Of a stretch of DNA of 64,000 bases, positions 40,331-54,800 are shown one piece after another. Positions within the stretch are counted from its first letter, which is position 1. Every line of letters begins with the position of its first letter. The notes below the pieces were generated by a model. The model was not told the origin of the DNA, did no database searches, and saw nothing but the letters and a program-made list of their open reading frames with translations. The translations under genes and the position numbers were made by a program. The DNA comes from Sphagnum compactum (lineage: Eukaryota): contig OZ234493.1 of NCBI GenBank assembly GCA_965153455.1, positions 4,774,001-4,838,000 on the forward strand. The letters are read 5' to 3'.

Positions 40331-42869
40331 TTTCACATTTTCCAATTTTTTTCTAGTTGGTCAAACATAGTCAAAATGTTAAATATAGTCCCAAGATACC
40401 CAACTAATAATTAAAATTTATAATTGGCCGTTTTGACTAAGCCATTGGCCACTTTGTCTAGGCCTACTTAATTAACCCTATTGATTGAATATAATAGGTG
40501 TCTTTATTGACTAAGGTACTTACCAATTTGATTAAATTGGGTGGTCATATTGACTAGGCCACTAACCAATTTGACTAGATGTTCAATTTGACTAATTGTC
40601 AAATTAATCATTCTAATCAAATTGATTAATCAAAAAATACCCAATATCATTGAAGCCCTTGGCCTCTAGTCAAAAATACATGGCTTCTAGTAAAAGAAAC
40701 CCATATAGTCAACTTGGTCAGTTGGAAAAAATAAGAATTTAATAGTGCATGCATTTTTCCAAACTTATGACCTTGTTCTTGGGAGGCATATAATGAAAGA
40801 TAATTCATGCATTTTGAAAGTCATACATTTATTATTAATAATAGTAATACCAATGTACATGTTGGTTCTCCCTAGCCCCTAAACGAGTTTTTAATCCTCT
40901 ATATGTTGCCACTAACAAATGTAACAAAAATCCCATAACCATTAACCATTTGCACACCTAGTTTAGTGTTTGTTTTCTTCAATTTTGTGATGTCATTAAA
41001 CTAGTAAGTATCTAGAAAAAGGTTTAACCAAAGTTGGCTATAAATGAAATATGAAAGCATAAATATTTGAACTTTCAAATTTTGATTACTACAACTCCCC
41101 AAAAGTCACTTACGTTTCACATTTTTTACATTAACTCACACATTGATGAAATTAGGTTAAGGAAAAAGAATGTTTTGGAATATGAATATTAAAAACACAA
41201 TTTGCATATCACCATCTTCTAGGCACCAAATTTTATAATTTTAATTTTTGCAAAAGTTAGTGACTGAACTTTAATTGCATGCATAATTCGATGGACAACA
41301 TGACTTGGTCACATTAATTGATGTTGTATTTCAATCCTCTCCATAATTTAATTTGATGAGTTTAATCACAATGTGCTAAATGTAATTGCATTATTTCATG
41401 CATGTAGTTTGATTGTTTACATAAATCAATCACCATCCAAAAAATTTGGTCAATATAACTTTATCACAAATCATTTTTCAATTTTGTTTTGGGCATTTGA
41501 ACCTTGCATAACATAACTTCATTGAAATCTTTTGAACACCATTAAAATCATTTACTTTTGACATGTTTTGCTCATTTAAACATCACTCCAAATGTTTAGG
41601 GCTTTCATGTGTTCAACTCCAAATGTGGGAATGGATGGGTTTTGAAATGTACTTATTTTCTTTATTTTCACACATTTCCTTTACTTATTTGGTTGAAAAC
41701 TCTAGTTTGTTTAGCTGATGCCATGCCTTAAACTTGCTTTCAACTTTATTTTTTTTCTTGTTCCAAACTTAGTCATGAATCAAACACTAGGATTATAACA
41801 ATCAACCTTTGTTTCGAAGGTTGCAAGACTAAACTTTGTGATTAATAATATCCCAACCTTTTATCATTGGACATGAAGGTGTTAATTTGTAAAATATCAT
41901 ATCCTGGATTGGTGAAAACCCCTTATTGTGGGAATGACCCCACCTTGGGGCTTTACCTTATATGTAATCTAAGGTAAGATTTACATATGTACAAGTCCTC
42001 TTAACATGGGGGGAAGTCACTTAACGTTTTGGGGTGCAATTTCATACATTTTTGTATGGGTTTGATGTGTTTTTTTGGCACAATGAAAGGATGTTGGATG
42101 TCAAATCTTGGCATGACAAGTCATTACGCACCGTAATGCCCTTGGACAACATTACCAAAATAGGGTTCCCACTTGAGACAACAACTACTAAGGGCAATTG
42201 TCAAATTCTTAAACATGCACTTTATTCTAATAACACCTTCATTCCTAGGCCTTACCTACCACAATAAACATCAATAGGTAGGTGTCAATGGTCATCTTTT
42301 AAAATTATAAAATTATGTTCAAACTTGTTGATAACAAAGTCAATAAACGTGTAATTAGTTAACAACGCTCAAATTTAAGCATTTTTATTAATAACTTGTT
42401 AATGTGGTTGTTGATGTGGCTACTTAACATTACATGCTTAACTTTTATCATTAGCAAAAGTGTTAGGTAATTGATTTGGAGTTTAAACCCCTCCTCTTTT
42501 TCATGTGCACCTCCTCTCCTCTACAAGCAAATTTTCTTTGGGAGACCTCCATCACTACAACCATCTTTAGGAGCATTACAAAACTTTCATCATTGGGAAA
42601 CATTCCAAAAACACTACGAGCCAAACATTTTTGTGGACATTTCCATGGAGTAAATCTGTGAATGAAACATCTTTTTGATTTTTTTTTTCTACATAATCCA
42701 CAAGCATTTATTTATTTATTTATTTTTTTGCACAATCCAAACACTACAAGGATCAATGAACAATTCAACAAACATTATGGACATCTTGTAAGAGAATATG
42801 GTGATAATAGAAAATTCAAGGGGAAAGGTAGAAGGAAGGGAAATGTAAGTAGTTCACAACAACACAATT

Positions 42870-43260
42870 CCAATTATAGTACATAGGAAATGATTGTGTT
42901 CATCAACTATAAACACAAAGAAGATTTGTACCAAAATCATATTCTTGATCTACAAGGGAGCACGATTCATGCAATACAAAAATGTAACAAAATTGTTGAT
43001 TATTTGCAAGCAAAAACAAATTCAATATTTCCAAGGAATGGCAAGATGTGTAAGGATAAATGGAACTCCATCCATGGTGATTACCAAAAAAGAAAATTAC
43101 TACCATAAACGGACGTGGCACAATACTTGCTACTTGGATTTGATAGTAGAAGAGTGAAACAAATATCACCTACTATGACAATTTAGTGAAGATTGTTACA
43201 AGGCAATTGAAGTTTTCCAAGGAGAGCAAAATGTCCATGTTTCATCGCATGTGAGAGACC
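42870..43260 (+). pseudogene. Myb/SANT-like (trihelix) ORF1 remnant of a PIF/Harbinger element
   Basis: EMIVFINYK..PRNGKMCKDKWNSIHGDY..YHKRT, with frameshifts and stops. It lies convergent with the Harbinger transposase remnant. Confidence 0.65.
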
Positions 43261-44649
43261 TACAAGCTCTGGTGATGGAATATGTAGCCAACCAAGAGAA
43301 GATTCATAGGAAGAAAATTTCCTTACACCTTGCTCACTAATGGAAAAATAGTGTAAAGATGATTTTGTTTCAGAGAAGACCAACCAAGATTTTCAACAAT
43401 CTGGTCAAGGTTCGAATATGTCCTATCCATGTTCAAGATGGAAGAGACATTATGTTAAACCATGGAATTTGACAACCTAGTTACCATCAAGGAAAAATGT
43501 TGTCAAATAAAAAAAAGAATAAGAAAAAGATGAAAACACATGAGAGTAAGACTTGTTTATTGTTTACCTACCGTCCTGCAACAGTTACCATCATGCAACA
43601 ATTATCATGTACATATCGTCATCTGTAGACTTGAAAGAAGACCCCCAACTACGTGTAGACCTCCTATAGCTATTGCCTATCATTTGCAGCACATGTAAAC
43701 CCTTTTATGGTTAATGTCTACCATCTGCACTACTTGCAAACCCTTTTGTGGTTGTTGCTTACCATATGCAGCAACGTTACCTTCCCTACAAACCCCAAAT
43801 CTCATGTTTACCTCCTTGTTACTGTTTTTTAATGGAAGTTACCATCCTATGGCAAAAGATATTTTCTACTTTATAAACAAAAAACAAAGAGAGAATATCC
43901 TATTTTTCTTGTAGAGGAAACAAAAAACTATTACATAAAACATAACAAAACATTATGCAATTTTAATGTGTATTACTTTCTCCCACTATCTGACATCCTC
44001 CGAGTATAACAAAATAACACCAATATGATATACTTTCAACCATTTTCCATTGCAAAAATCAAAGTACAAGATATTTCCATATTTTCCATTTCTATTTTTA
44101 ATGCCACAAACACATTACTTCCCAAGAGAATGATCTCCTAGAAACTTTAATCTCGAATACCATCTCTAATACAATATCTAATACAATCTTTTCCTCTCCC
44201 CCCCCCTCCCCCTCAATAGATATATAAGGAACCCAAGAACGATATTCATCACACAAAGGTGGAGTCCTTAATTATCCTGCTAAATTTCATTACACTCATA
44301 GATTTTCTTATTCTAATCCCTTCCACACATCCTAGTCAAGGGAAATCCATCCCTCCATCCCTTATCCACTTGAACTAATTAACCTAAATGGTTTCACCTC
44401 TAGTAAATAAAAGATGGTTAATAGGATATTTACCACTAGTAATTAAATAGTTATTAGGATACCCTTCTAAGTAAACTAGACTAGGATATTATTTTTAGTA
44501 ACTAATATTACTTTTTATTAGAATTCCTCCCATAATTATCTTTTGGTTATTCCTACCCCCATGAAAATAGTTCATTATATTGATGGTACTACCGTCTCCT
44601 AACACCCATGGTGTTTAACCAATATAGGACAATTTTATACCATTAACAC

Positions 44650-45300
44650 TTTTGTGAATTGCCTCTAGTAACTTAGGCTAGATAATTGAAGAATTCTTGA
44701 ATCATTCATGGATCTCAACATATTGATGAACATTTCTTGGAAATGTTTTTCATGGTCGATAACAACTTGTAATTGTATATTGTATCCTTTCGACTTGCAT
44801 GAGAAATAATTGATTACAAATCCACCATTAGGTTTTTGGATGTGAATTGATTGTGAGTGTAATTGATTGCACCACAAATTCAAATGTAGGTTGCATAGAT
44901 TTCTAAATCCTACCATGACTTGAACCGGCTTTTCACCTTGTGGCCACTGAATATGCTCTTTAAAAACAACATTCACGACATAAACAAATTCGTGTAATAC
45001 CATGTTCATGGAGGAATTCTTGATCGTAAACATCTCGCTACATTATAGGTAAATTGCTCCATGAAAGAACTTGTATAGGGAATAAGCAACCCTAATTTTT
45101 ACTGGAGCGCACATATGTATTTTGTGTTTTTTTTTTCCCATTAAAGGTTTGAATTTTTCTCTCAATTGCAAAACTACCTCTCTAGTCACTCAAAAATGTT
45201 CTACCCACCTTTGATTCTCACATTTGTGTCATTAGGAAATGTAAGTACCATGTCATACTTTGTGCTTTCACCCAATCCCCCACCTCTTTATTCACTAACA
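44650..45300 (-). pseudogene. PIF/Harbinger (HARBI1-like) DDE transposase remnant, 3'-truncated
   Basis: VFKEHIQWPQGE..VGFRNLCNL..IHIQKP..YFSCKSKGYNIQLQVVIDHEKHF..MLRSMNDSRIL, with upstream RWVEHF*VTRE and VAYSLYKFFHG. Frameshifted. Confidence 0.75.
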
Positions 45301-47216
45301 GTTCAAAGTTGCATGACATTCGATGCTAATGTAAAATAGTAGCATTTCGCATGGCTTCAAACACCTACCATTGATAAGATTCCCAACACACTTCCATGAA
45401 ATTTGTCATTGCATCACCTTGTGAATCATTATAGAAGTTCAAATGTTCCTATAATCGCAATAGGACATGTAGCAACAAATTTAAAAACAAATTATTCGAA
45501 TTTGTCATTGTGATGAACTGAACAAAGGAATAAAAAAGCAAAAAATAGCAATGCATTGTGATTACAATGTATGAGAGCAATTCGCCGAACATTGTGTGAG
45601 AAATAGTGTGCCTTCAGTCAAATAATGGAAGGAAATCGAAAGCAGTAAAAAAGCTGCAAATGGAAGAGTAGAAAATCCAAAGCACACGAAAGTTGCAAAT
45701 TAGAAAAGTTGTGATGAGAGGAGGAGAGACAAAAGAAATGACAATTGTGAGACTATTTTGACGCTAACTTTGGGTTGAACATCGTGAACGAAAATTAGGG
45801 TTTAATGATTACCTACTACTAACTAAAAAGTCATAGGTCTAAACGACAATTGCCTAACTATGATTAACTTAAGCGTAGATATAAAACTTTATAGGTACCA
45901 ATGCTCCAAGTTTGAATGTACCTTAAAAGATTTTTAGCAAGGTCTTTATTTATGGGAGTAAGCACAAAATGGATGGTAACATATAGATAAACCAACTAAA
46001 ATTATTGACACAACTGGTTAAATTGTCTGTTACCAAATATTTCTCACTAGTTAAAATCATAGTTTCATTAATCTTGGACATGAATACATAATCTATAGCA
46101 GGTAAAAGAAAACTCATGTAACAATTTAAAAAGCGTGCATAAGTGTTAAAATTAGGCGATAAACTTCCACACTATATAAATACATGCTCTTAATTAAATT
46201 AATATTCCCAACCCATACTTCTAACTCCTAATAGGTTAGTAACTAGCAGCCTATTTTTCTTCGTCAAAAAGAGAAAATACAAATTAAAGGGGTTAGATTT
46301 TCTTTTTTTGCAACATCCAAAAATATCGAAGGATGATTAAAGATTTGTAGTTCACATCTGGTTTAATAACCATAATATTGGCCTAAATCTTCCTAAGGAT
46401 GCTCGCCACCTGTGGCTACAAACAAAAATTCTTTAAAGAAAACTCTAACTAGTAAGTAACTAGCTTACTTACTTTTCTCAATTTACTCCATTTATTCCAA
46501 CCTCTACTAACTTCCAACCTAGGGTGAAAAAGTTTTTACTATCCTTTACGTTAATTACTTTAGCTCATCACACATCAGGACAGCCAGTTTTAAAAGTTAC
46601 CCAGAGGGTACTTTTTTTTGACCGTTCAGGTAAATTTTCATTTACTCTTCCAGGCAGCACAGCATATCCCCACCTCGCCCCATAACGCTCATGATGGTAA
46701 ATGTTAAAACTCTTTTACTTCCATTTATTATGGGCTTATTGTATTAGAGGCTCCAGTTATTTATTTTACCACCTGGGGGCAGCCAGGGTTACCAACCCGT
46801 AAATCTTGCTGGTAAAACACCAGTCACCTGGGAGCCTGAGTAAATACCATTTATTACCATGCGTGTATAGTACGTATGATTCTTCATGTGGGCAAAATGT
46901 ACAGCATTGGCAGTTATTTAAGGGGGAATTATGAGGTGAAACCAGCTGGTTAAATACAATAGTTAAAAATTATGAATGTTGCTAATTACTAAGTAGCTGT
47001 ACCTGAGTCTTAAAACTCTTCCTGTAAATGTTTAAAGTTATCCTTAAAGTCACCTTGTCTTTGAGCCCTAGTTTGACCCTTTTAATCCTAGTTTCATCCC
47101 CAATTTGAGTGTAGTCAAAAGAAGTAAGCAAAACTAGGTATTGTAAAATGAAAGTGGGTATCAGCTCAGTAGATTTGTAGGATTATATTCTGAAGAGAAT
47201 TGATTTGGTCTCCTCT

Positions 47217-47247
<31 letters not shown>

Positions 47248-50200
47248 TTTGTTTTCCTGTGTACTGTGTTCATCCTCAGTTTTGGCGAAACTGGGGCCCA
47301 TACCTACTCCAAGTTTGGGGTACTTTAGGGGGTATATTGATTTATGCCTACATGTTAGAAAAGTCACTATCGTAGACTGGCCCATTATTGACCGCCTGCC
47401 TATGACCAAACACTTATTTGTATCTTCATCAGATGTGCTTCATTTTGAGTAATTAAAAAATGTTATGGGAGCACTACCTCAAGCTGTAGAAATCATATTT
47501 GAAGTGCAAAGGAAAAGTATTAATGAAAAAATAACAAGATGAAAACTAAGCTTTCGAACTTAGAAAATGTGTTTTTTCTTTTTTTTCTCTTTAGACCCCG
47601 CCTACTTTCAAACCTCCTAACTTTTTTTACTTCTTATTCATTTTAAATCATTTAAAGTGCTATACTACAAATCATCTTTGAACTCTAATAGCAACAAAGC
47701 AACATACAAAGAATTTTTTGGGTGTTCAGGAACTGGCCTTCGTAATGTTCAATGGTTTGTTATTTTGAGTTTTTGACTCCTTTTACTTTGGGGAGCCATA
47801 ACTTTCTCATTTTCAATTCATTTTCAATGATTGTTAGTGTGTTAGATGCATCAAGAGGAGCGGTCCAGTCCAAGATTTGTTTCGACGCAAGGAACAACAG
47901 CCCTCCCCTTGGATCCAGGCTGCCCTAAATGCTTAAGTGTTCAGTCACTGGCTGGTCTACCCTACTAAGACCCCATAACCTTCATAGGAAATTGGCATCA
48001 GGCTTGTTTAGTTATGGAGCCCTCTTTTAAAATTAACCGAATAGGAGGTCTTGGGTGGCAGATTATGTCATTTTCTCAAAACCTGTTATATGACATAATC
48101 TTCTAGTGATGATCCTACATTGACCAAATGTATCTGTTTGAACATGATTTTTATTTATTTTTGATTGTTGAATCTGCCACCCCAGACCATCACATCATGG
48201 AAGGGCCTTGCCTAGCTTTACCATAATGGGCTTGCCTGGTGCTTTACCTGACATAATGGGCAGGGGCTTGAGCATTCCATAGTACGCAACGAGTTTTGGA
48301 GTCCTCTCAAAATTAGGGCGGGTTTTTATGCTCAAGAGGGGTAGGCCCTTAGCCTTTCCTTGCTTTTTTGGTTTCCCTGATAATTTATGGTGTCCACAGT
48401 TGGGGAGGGGAATGAATCAGATTCTAACAAGTTTATGATGTAGCTAAAGTGGCAATCAACGATAAATGAAAGTAAAAAATGAAATCATCTGTCTATATTT
48501 TTCTGATTTGTTTGGAGATATACAAAACCCCAAAACACACTTGTTTGCATCGTCTTGTTTTGGGGGCAAATTTTTGCATGTGGTGACCTCAAAAAAATCT
48601 AGTGCAACTCATAGACATGATTTTTTGAGAGAAAAAAAATGTGCCAAAGTAACCAAATTTTAATGAAAAACGACAATTGGTTCCAATAGGTTGCCAAATA
48701 TAACAAGATTCTTAAATTTTTCTACTTTCCTCTTTGACATGTAACCAATTTTGGCCAATTACTCATATGGATGACCTCTAGTGGTGTTACATCACAAAAT
48801 TTATAAATTAGGAGACAAAAAACAACAAAAAAAAAGCCCATCCTTTTTTGTCAATTTTAAAATAAATAAATCACCAAGTGATAAATTTTCACCCATAAAA
48901 AAAACTAGAATAGCAGCGCACTCTAAAAGTCAATGAAGTTTTAAGTACCTAGTAGGAGGTGATACAGAAGTGATGGTCCATAAATAGGATTCCCTTTATT
49001 GATCATCTTGATAAAACCCTACCATACTTTAGAATAGAAAAAAGACCCACCTCGAAGGGGAAATGAAAAAACAACAAAAGAGGAAAAACATTCAACCAAG
49101 CAACAACACCCAAAAAGCACAAATGTGTCATGAAGAGAGCAATGGGAACTTGTTGAAGAGTATAGACTTAAACTCTTTGCCACATGAAGCAAATCAGACA
49201 AAGAGACTGGGGGGTGGGAAATCTACCTTGCTGTACCTTTGCAATTAAGCATGGTCTAACTGAATCGTGTCCCAAGTTCAACCCATTGCATGTTTAACAA
49301 GACTCAGCCTCTCTTTTGTGATATCCAGCAGGTACGGGTATCGCAAGAAAAATGAAAAAAAACATTTATGCCTTGCTGCCCTTGGATTAGGGCGTTCCCA
49401 AAATACAAGCTCCTTGGCTCTACCTCAGGCAAGTGCTTATTTTGTGAACCTCCTGCCCCTTGACGTGCCGTCCACCACCAATAAGAAAATTTAGCCAAAT
49501 TTGACAATCACAAACGAAACATGAAAATGAAATTATTTAAGCATCCTTCTACATTGTTGGCTACCCACTGGAACCTTATATAGAATCTTGTAAATTTTAT
49601 TTGAAACATATTCACATTCGGAGATTAGAAATCCCAAAAAAACACCAATTTTTTGCTTTTTTTTTTGGGGGGGGAGGGAGGGGAAGGGGGGGTCAAAGAA
49701 AACTAAAACTAAGGAAAGAAATGAAGCTATGCCATGTATCTCAAAAGTTACCATTCACATGGTTGGTGTTTTTTTTAACAATCTGTTTCTATTGATTAGG
49801 TTTAAAGGATCATTGTTGTTGCATGAGGGCTAATTAGGAATTGCCAAATATTCTGAAACAGGAGGACCCATTAGCTCTGAAAACACATTCATTGCTCACC
49901 TCAAAAAAAAATTTGTCACAACTTCCATGACAGTTTTATCTACTTTAATGCATTCACTATTTTGCAAGGAATGATGAAACCTGAAACAAAAGTGTGTAAG
50001 TTCACACTTCACACATATTGTGCATAATTTGTTTTTTATATTATTTTTCCCTTCCATTAAATGACTACATGCTAATAAAGGCAACCCTTACATAAAATCA
50101 AGCGATTTTGATCAGCAATAATAAATGATTAGGTGTTGGAATGCCCAATACAGTAAATGCAAGGAATATTTAGCCCTAACTTGCCCATTGCTGAAGGAAT

Positions 50201-51475
50201 ATTTTGCTCCTATATTTTGGGGCTTTCATGATGGATTAGGTTAAGCTGCAGAAAATGTTTTCTTGTCATGCAATAATTTATTTAATTTTGCCTCCTATAC
50301 TTAAATGTCTCACAACTTTTGGTGATCATGAATGTGGCAAGATCATCTGTATCGATTGATTTGTCAAACTACTACTGTATTTGGCCCCCTTCACACCCAA
50401 CCAACTACCCCAAAGACTGCAAATTGCAATTATTTTTGTACTCAATGCAGAGCATGCCTGATCCATTGCCAAGTCTCTCACAATGCCTTAGGCAACAACA
50501 ACATTGCATATACTACTGTCATAGTATAATGCTGTGCAAACAAGGGGACAAGTAGTAGTAAGCTGTTCATTCACTCTCACTAGTTAGCCTGCGCCGTTGG
50601 CCCAAGTGTGACCAAACAAACACATTGAGGGCTCAACTCATTTTTCCTTCCAAACCCAATTTTTAGCAATTTTTTTGAATTTCCAGCAACAAAATCCACT
50701 CAAAAAGAAATATCCTCCACACCTTAGCTCTGAAAATTGTGAAATAAACTCTATTAAATCTGACTTACTAAGGGATTTTCACCAAATAATTCCAATACAG
50801 TTTTCAGTTTCGATTTTAGTTAATTTTCATTGAGAAAATGGTTCAATAATCAATAGCTTCCACACTGTAGCTTCAAACAATCTCAAACACCAAGTAGGTG
50901 CACCCTAACTCATCAAGAGCTTTCCAAAGATACCAAGAAGGCTGCATGAAACACCATGGTTTGGGAGATCTCTCAGCGTGACATGACAAAACAAAACAAA
51001 CTACCTCCCTTGCTTCATAGATGGATATTATATTTTACATGGAGAAGGAAAGTAGAAGACACTCATCATGTTGTCTCCAGAGTTATCCTCCAGAAATTAT
51101 TAGAGGCTTGGGTGGGGGCTAGGTGGATGTCACATTCCTGGATCCATGGCTTGTTTTTAGAAAACCACTTTTGTTATGGAGGAGCTATGGTGGGAATCAA
51201 TATAACAAAGGGTTAAGCCAAATTTGGCTATAAATGAATTATGAAAGTGAAAAACATCTTAGCAACCCCCCCCCCCTTTTTTTTGGCTACCTATTGCAAC
51301 ACAATATAAAAATCTGGCAATTTGTTTCTGATCCCCACCCCCCTTCCCCCAAATCTGCAGGGGACAGAAACCCCCCATATACCCCTTTTTTATTCAAAAT
51401 GTTGTATGTGATGAACACCACAATGGAACCAAAATGGTTCTCCTGAGGTTCTCACTGGGTTCCTTTGGTTTTGAC

Positions 51476-51818
51476 CAGTGTTGGGTGGATATTTGATTTT
51501 ATCAATAAACTTTGGGCCTGAAATTTAAAAATATTTCTGAATAATAGAACTGTCATTTTTTTAAAATAAAAAAATGATAATCAAAGAAGTGACGGCTTTC
51601 ATGAAAGAACTGGTAAAGAACTGATGATTTTATAAGCAGTTATTAGTTTCATTCAATTTTTTTCTTGAAAGACAAATGAAAAAGTTTAATTCAATTTTTG
51701 AGAACCATATTATATGGTATCAGACCCAGTTCTTTGAGTTTTTGAGAATTGCACTTACAAACCCTAACAAGCAACCGCCACGATAACTGTAAGGGCTCCA
51801 TTTTATCCCCAAACATTG
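51476..51818. mobile_element. hAT-type MITE (CAGTGTT family)
   Basis: Ends CAGTGTTGGG / CCCAAACATTG; flanks GTTTTGAC and GCTTGAC. Confidence 0.5.
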
Positions 51819-54800
51819 GCTTGACCAACGATGTTGGGTGAAATTGTAGATTGTGGGTTAACATGCCATGTAAACCGTGAAAGTGCAGAGCCATTTGTTT
51901 GTTGTGTTGCATGAATTGTGTTTGCTTATCATTTTGAACTGCTTCAAGCCAGGTTGACAGATAAAAGCTGATTCAGCCATCTTCCACATATACTGTAGAC
52001 TAGGGTCAGTTTCCACATTCACAAAACGAATTCTTTTTAAAAATTTGAAATTATATATTTTTTCAAACATCTACTATAGTATTGTGAAAAAGAGTAGTGA
52101 AATTATTCAGAGTATAGTCTATGATAATCATGATGAATTTCAACATATCAACTTCATATTTTCACATAATTTCATTTCAGTATGACGAAGCTAACCTTAG
52201 GGTGAGGTACTACCCCAGAACTAATCAGCTCATCATAATCAACCACTGGCATAATCGACCACACAAAAGTCACCTTAGAGGCAGTTAGTTAAATGAGGGG
52301 ATTTCAAGGGAGTGGTATGAGCATGTAAATGATATGATAGCCACCAGAGAGATTGCGTTATAAACCAGGGATTTTGGATTCTGGGTGGAGTTGAGTACAG
52401 ATGAGCTTGTAAACCGTATGATAGCCATGAAATCTTTTGTTTATAAACTAGGAATGTTCCCTTCCAGGGTTAAGTACAATGAATGAGAACTGTGTGTTGC
52501 AAGGGTGATGTTGCATCGGAGTCCTGCACAGTGGCACATGACAAGCAGCAATTTATTAACATGGCCCTTGTAAGATAACCTTGTAAAGCATCAACTCCCC
52601 CACCGCCTGGCATCAGCAAATAAACTGATACCAACCACAAATAAAGCCATAAATAATTGAATGCTTTGTGTTTCTTTTCTAAAGAATACCAGACACCTAC
52701 AGCTACAAACCCTTTGAAGCACTGGTGGTTTTCATTATATAGCCAATGGTTTTATAGAAAAATAGTCAAGGTAGGGTGCTCTTAAAAAGGGCTATTATTC
52801 CAGGCAAAAATAGTGGCAGCCAATTTTTGGAATAGAATTTTCACTGCAACCAATGAAAAATCGTGTCATGGAGTGCAGGGACCTCCTGGTTTTCTTTTTA
52901 AAGTTATGTTTGGTGTAGAGAGTGGACTGTCCACTGTTCACTTTCCACTTGCACAGTGGACAATCAACTTTCCATGCAAGCTTTGCAGGGTGTCAAATCA
53001 AACAGTTCCCAAGTTCCTGACATGTTCCCTGAACAGTTCACAATAGGACCTCATTTTTATGTTTGGCACATGTTGGGCCAAAGGGGACGAGCTCTATACT
53101 TCAAAATAGAACCTTCTTTTTTGGGGAGCCTCCATAGAATTATTTTTTTAATGATGGCCCAATCAAGGTTTATTGCAAAGGAAAAAAACAAAACAAAACA
53201 AAACTTGGGAGGCATCTCATCTACTTAATAAGGGAGGTGAAAAGGAGGGATGAATATGGCATAGTTTCCCTTTTCAATTAGGTCTCTTTACACTAGAGCT
53301 TGAAAGCTTATGACCATTGAAATAGAAAATTCGTGATGAGAGGAAAAGATGTATTGAGATATAAATTCACTTAACACAAAGCTTGAAGGCATAAGGGACT
53401 AAAGAAATGGAGGCAATGAAAACTTGACATGGAATCCTAAGTGGCAACTTATGAATAATGTTTCATGGTCTAGTGGATTTCACATCCAACTCACATATTT
53501 GAGGTGGGCCTAGTGCAAAGTTTTTTAGACCATTCGCCCAAAAAACCATGATTGGTCTAAAATGTTATTTCTTTTTGGCTTAATAGCCCATAGTTTTCCC
53601 CTACCATTAACCTAGGCCAACAATGACCAAAAAAAAAACATGTATGCAAAAAAATTCTTGCAACCAAGGAGGTGAAGGAACATGCCTCAATGGGCCCAAG
53701 TTTTCTTTCTTTTGGGGGAAGGGCGGGGGTGCTAGATTATTATTGTTCCCATTATGTTCCCATCACATTCCCCAACGTGTTTTCAATAGCTCCTCACTTT
53801 ATCCCATATTCTTTGCCCTAAGTTATACTCTTGAAAACCTACATATCCAACCCAAAGGAAGAGATTACAATGCATCTATTTTGAGACTGTTCAAAGCATG
53901 ATTTTATTTTATTTTCATTGATGGCCCAATCAAAGATGCCCAACACAATTTAGAATTTATTTTTTTTAAAACTTAATTTATTTTTGGAGGTTCCCACAAC
54001 TAATTAATATGAATCACAATGTCCTACCTTGGTAAGGTACCTCAGCAAAGTCTTTTATCACTTCACAACCAGGGCCCACACATAAATGATTTCTGAATTT
54101 ACATGGGATGATCTTGCGACATATTTGGAGGGCTCTCAGCATTTCCGTGGCCAGGGTTCCTCACCATAGTGTTAATGGGCCCTTAGATTTTTTAGAACTA
54201 CAGAACTACATATCAGAATCAATTTGTATGTAGATATTGTGAGAACCATGGTTATGTTTTGAAGGCTCACTTGAAAATCAAGGGTCATTTGGTGTTATTT
54301 CTCAGAAGTGCCCAACACTTGTCGACACCCAATCAATCAAGAGCCCACACACAAGAAGTTCCCATGAGGGTGGGTGAGCAAAATTGTATGGCTATATTTC
54401 TAAAGTAACACAATTTGCACTTCCACATCACCATAAAATAATTCCAAAAGTTGAAAATTTTCAATTCCAAGAATATTGATTCAAATCAGGGATAGGTGAT
54501 AAGAATCCAAACAAGAAGTTTGGAGTTTGGTCTCAAAAAATAAATATTATGCACCCAAGAGGTTGAATTGTACTTAGACTGGGTAATAATAATGAGTAGT
54601 TACTTGCCCCTAAGTATGGGCTTCATGAGACAGCATCCACTAATGCACCATGTAGGATTGATGGTAGGTGGAAAGCAAATGATTTATCATTACTCAATAA
54701 TGCCTTCTCTAACACTAGCAGTTAAGCAAACAAAGATGCTTAATTTCTTCACATTCCCATTGGGGCATTTTTAATACATTTCCTTCCTATTTCACATGGA

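Larger units (their letters stand above)
36933..40747. mobile_element. Non-autonomous CACTA (En/Spm) element, 3815 bp
   Basis: Left end CACTACTAGAATTCCTTTT; right end reverse complement CACTATTAAATTCTTATTTT. 3-bp TSD CAT (36930-36932 and 40748-40750). Subterminal TTTGACTA-type repeats at both ends and an inverted GCCATGTATTTTT motif. No transposase ORF. Confidence 0.88.

Noticed and set aside
46520-47057. TAGGGTGA..TCACCTTG bounded element with GGTAAA motifs
   Set aside because: Short imperfect inverted ends and no TSD.
53281-54182. Possible Tourist MITE with a nested repeat
   Set aside because: The termini are only loosely inverted, so boundaries cannot be supported.
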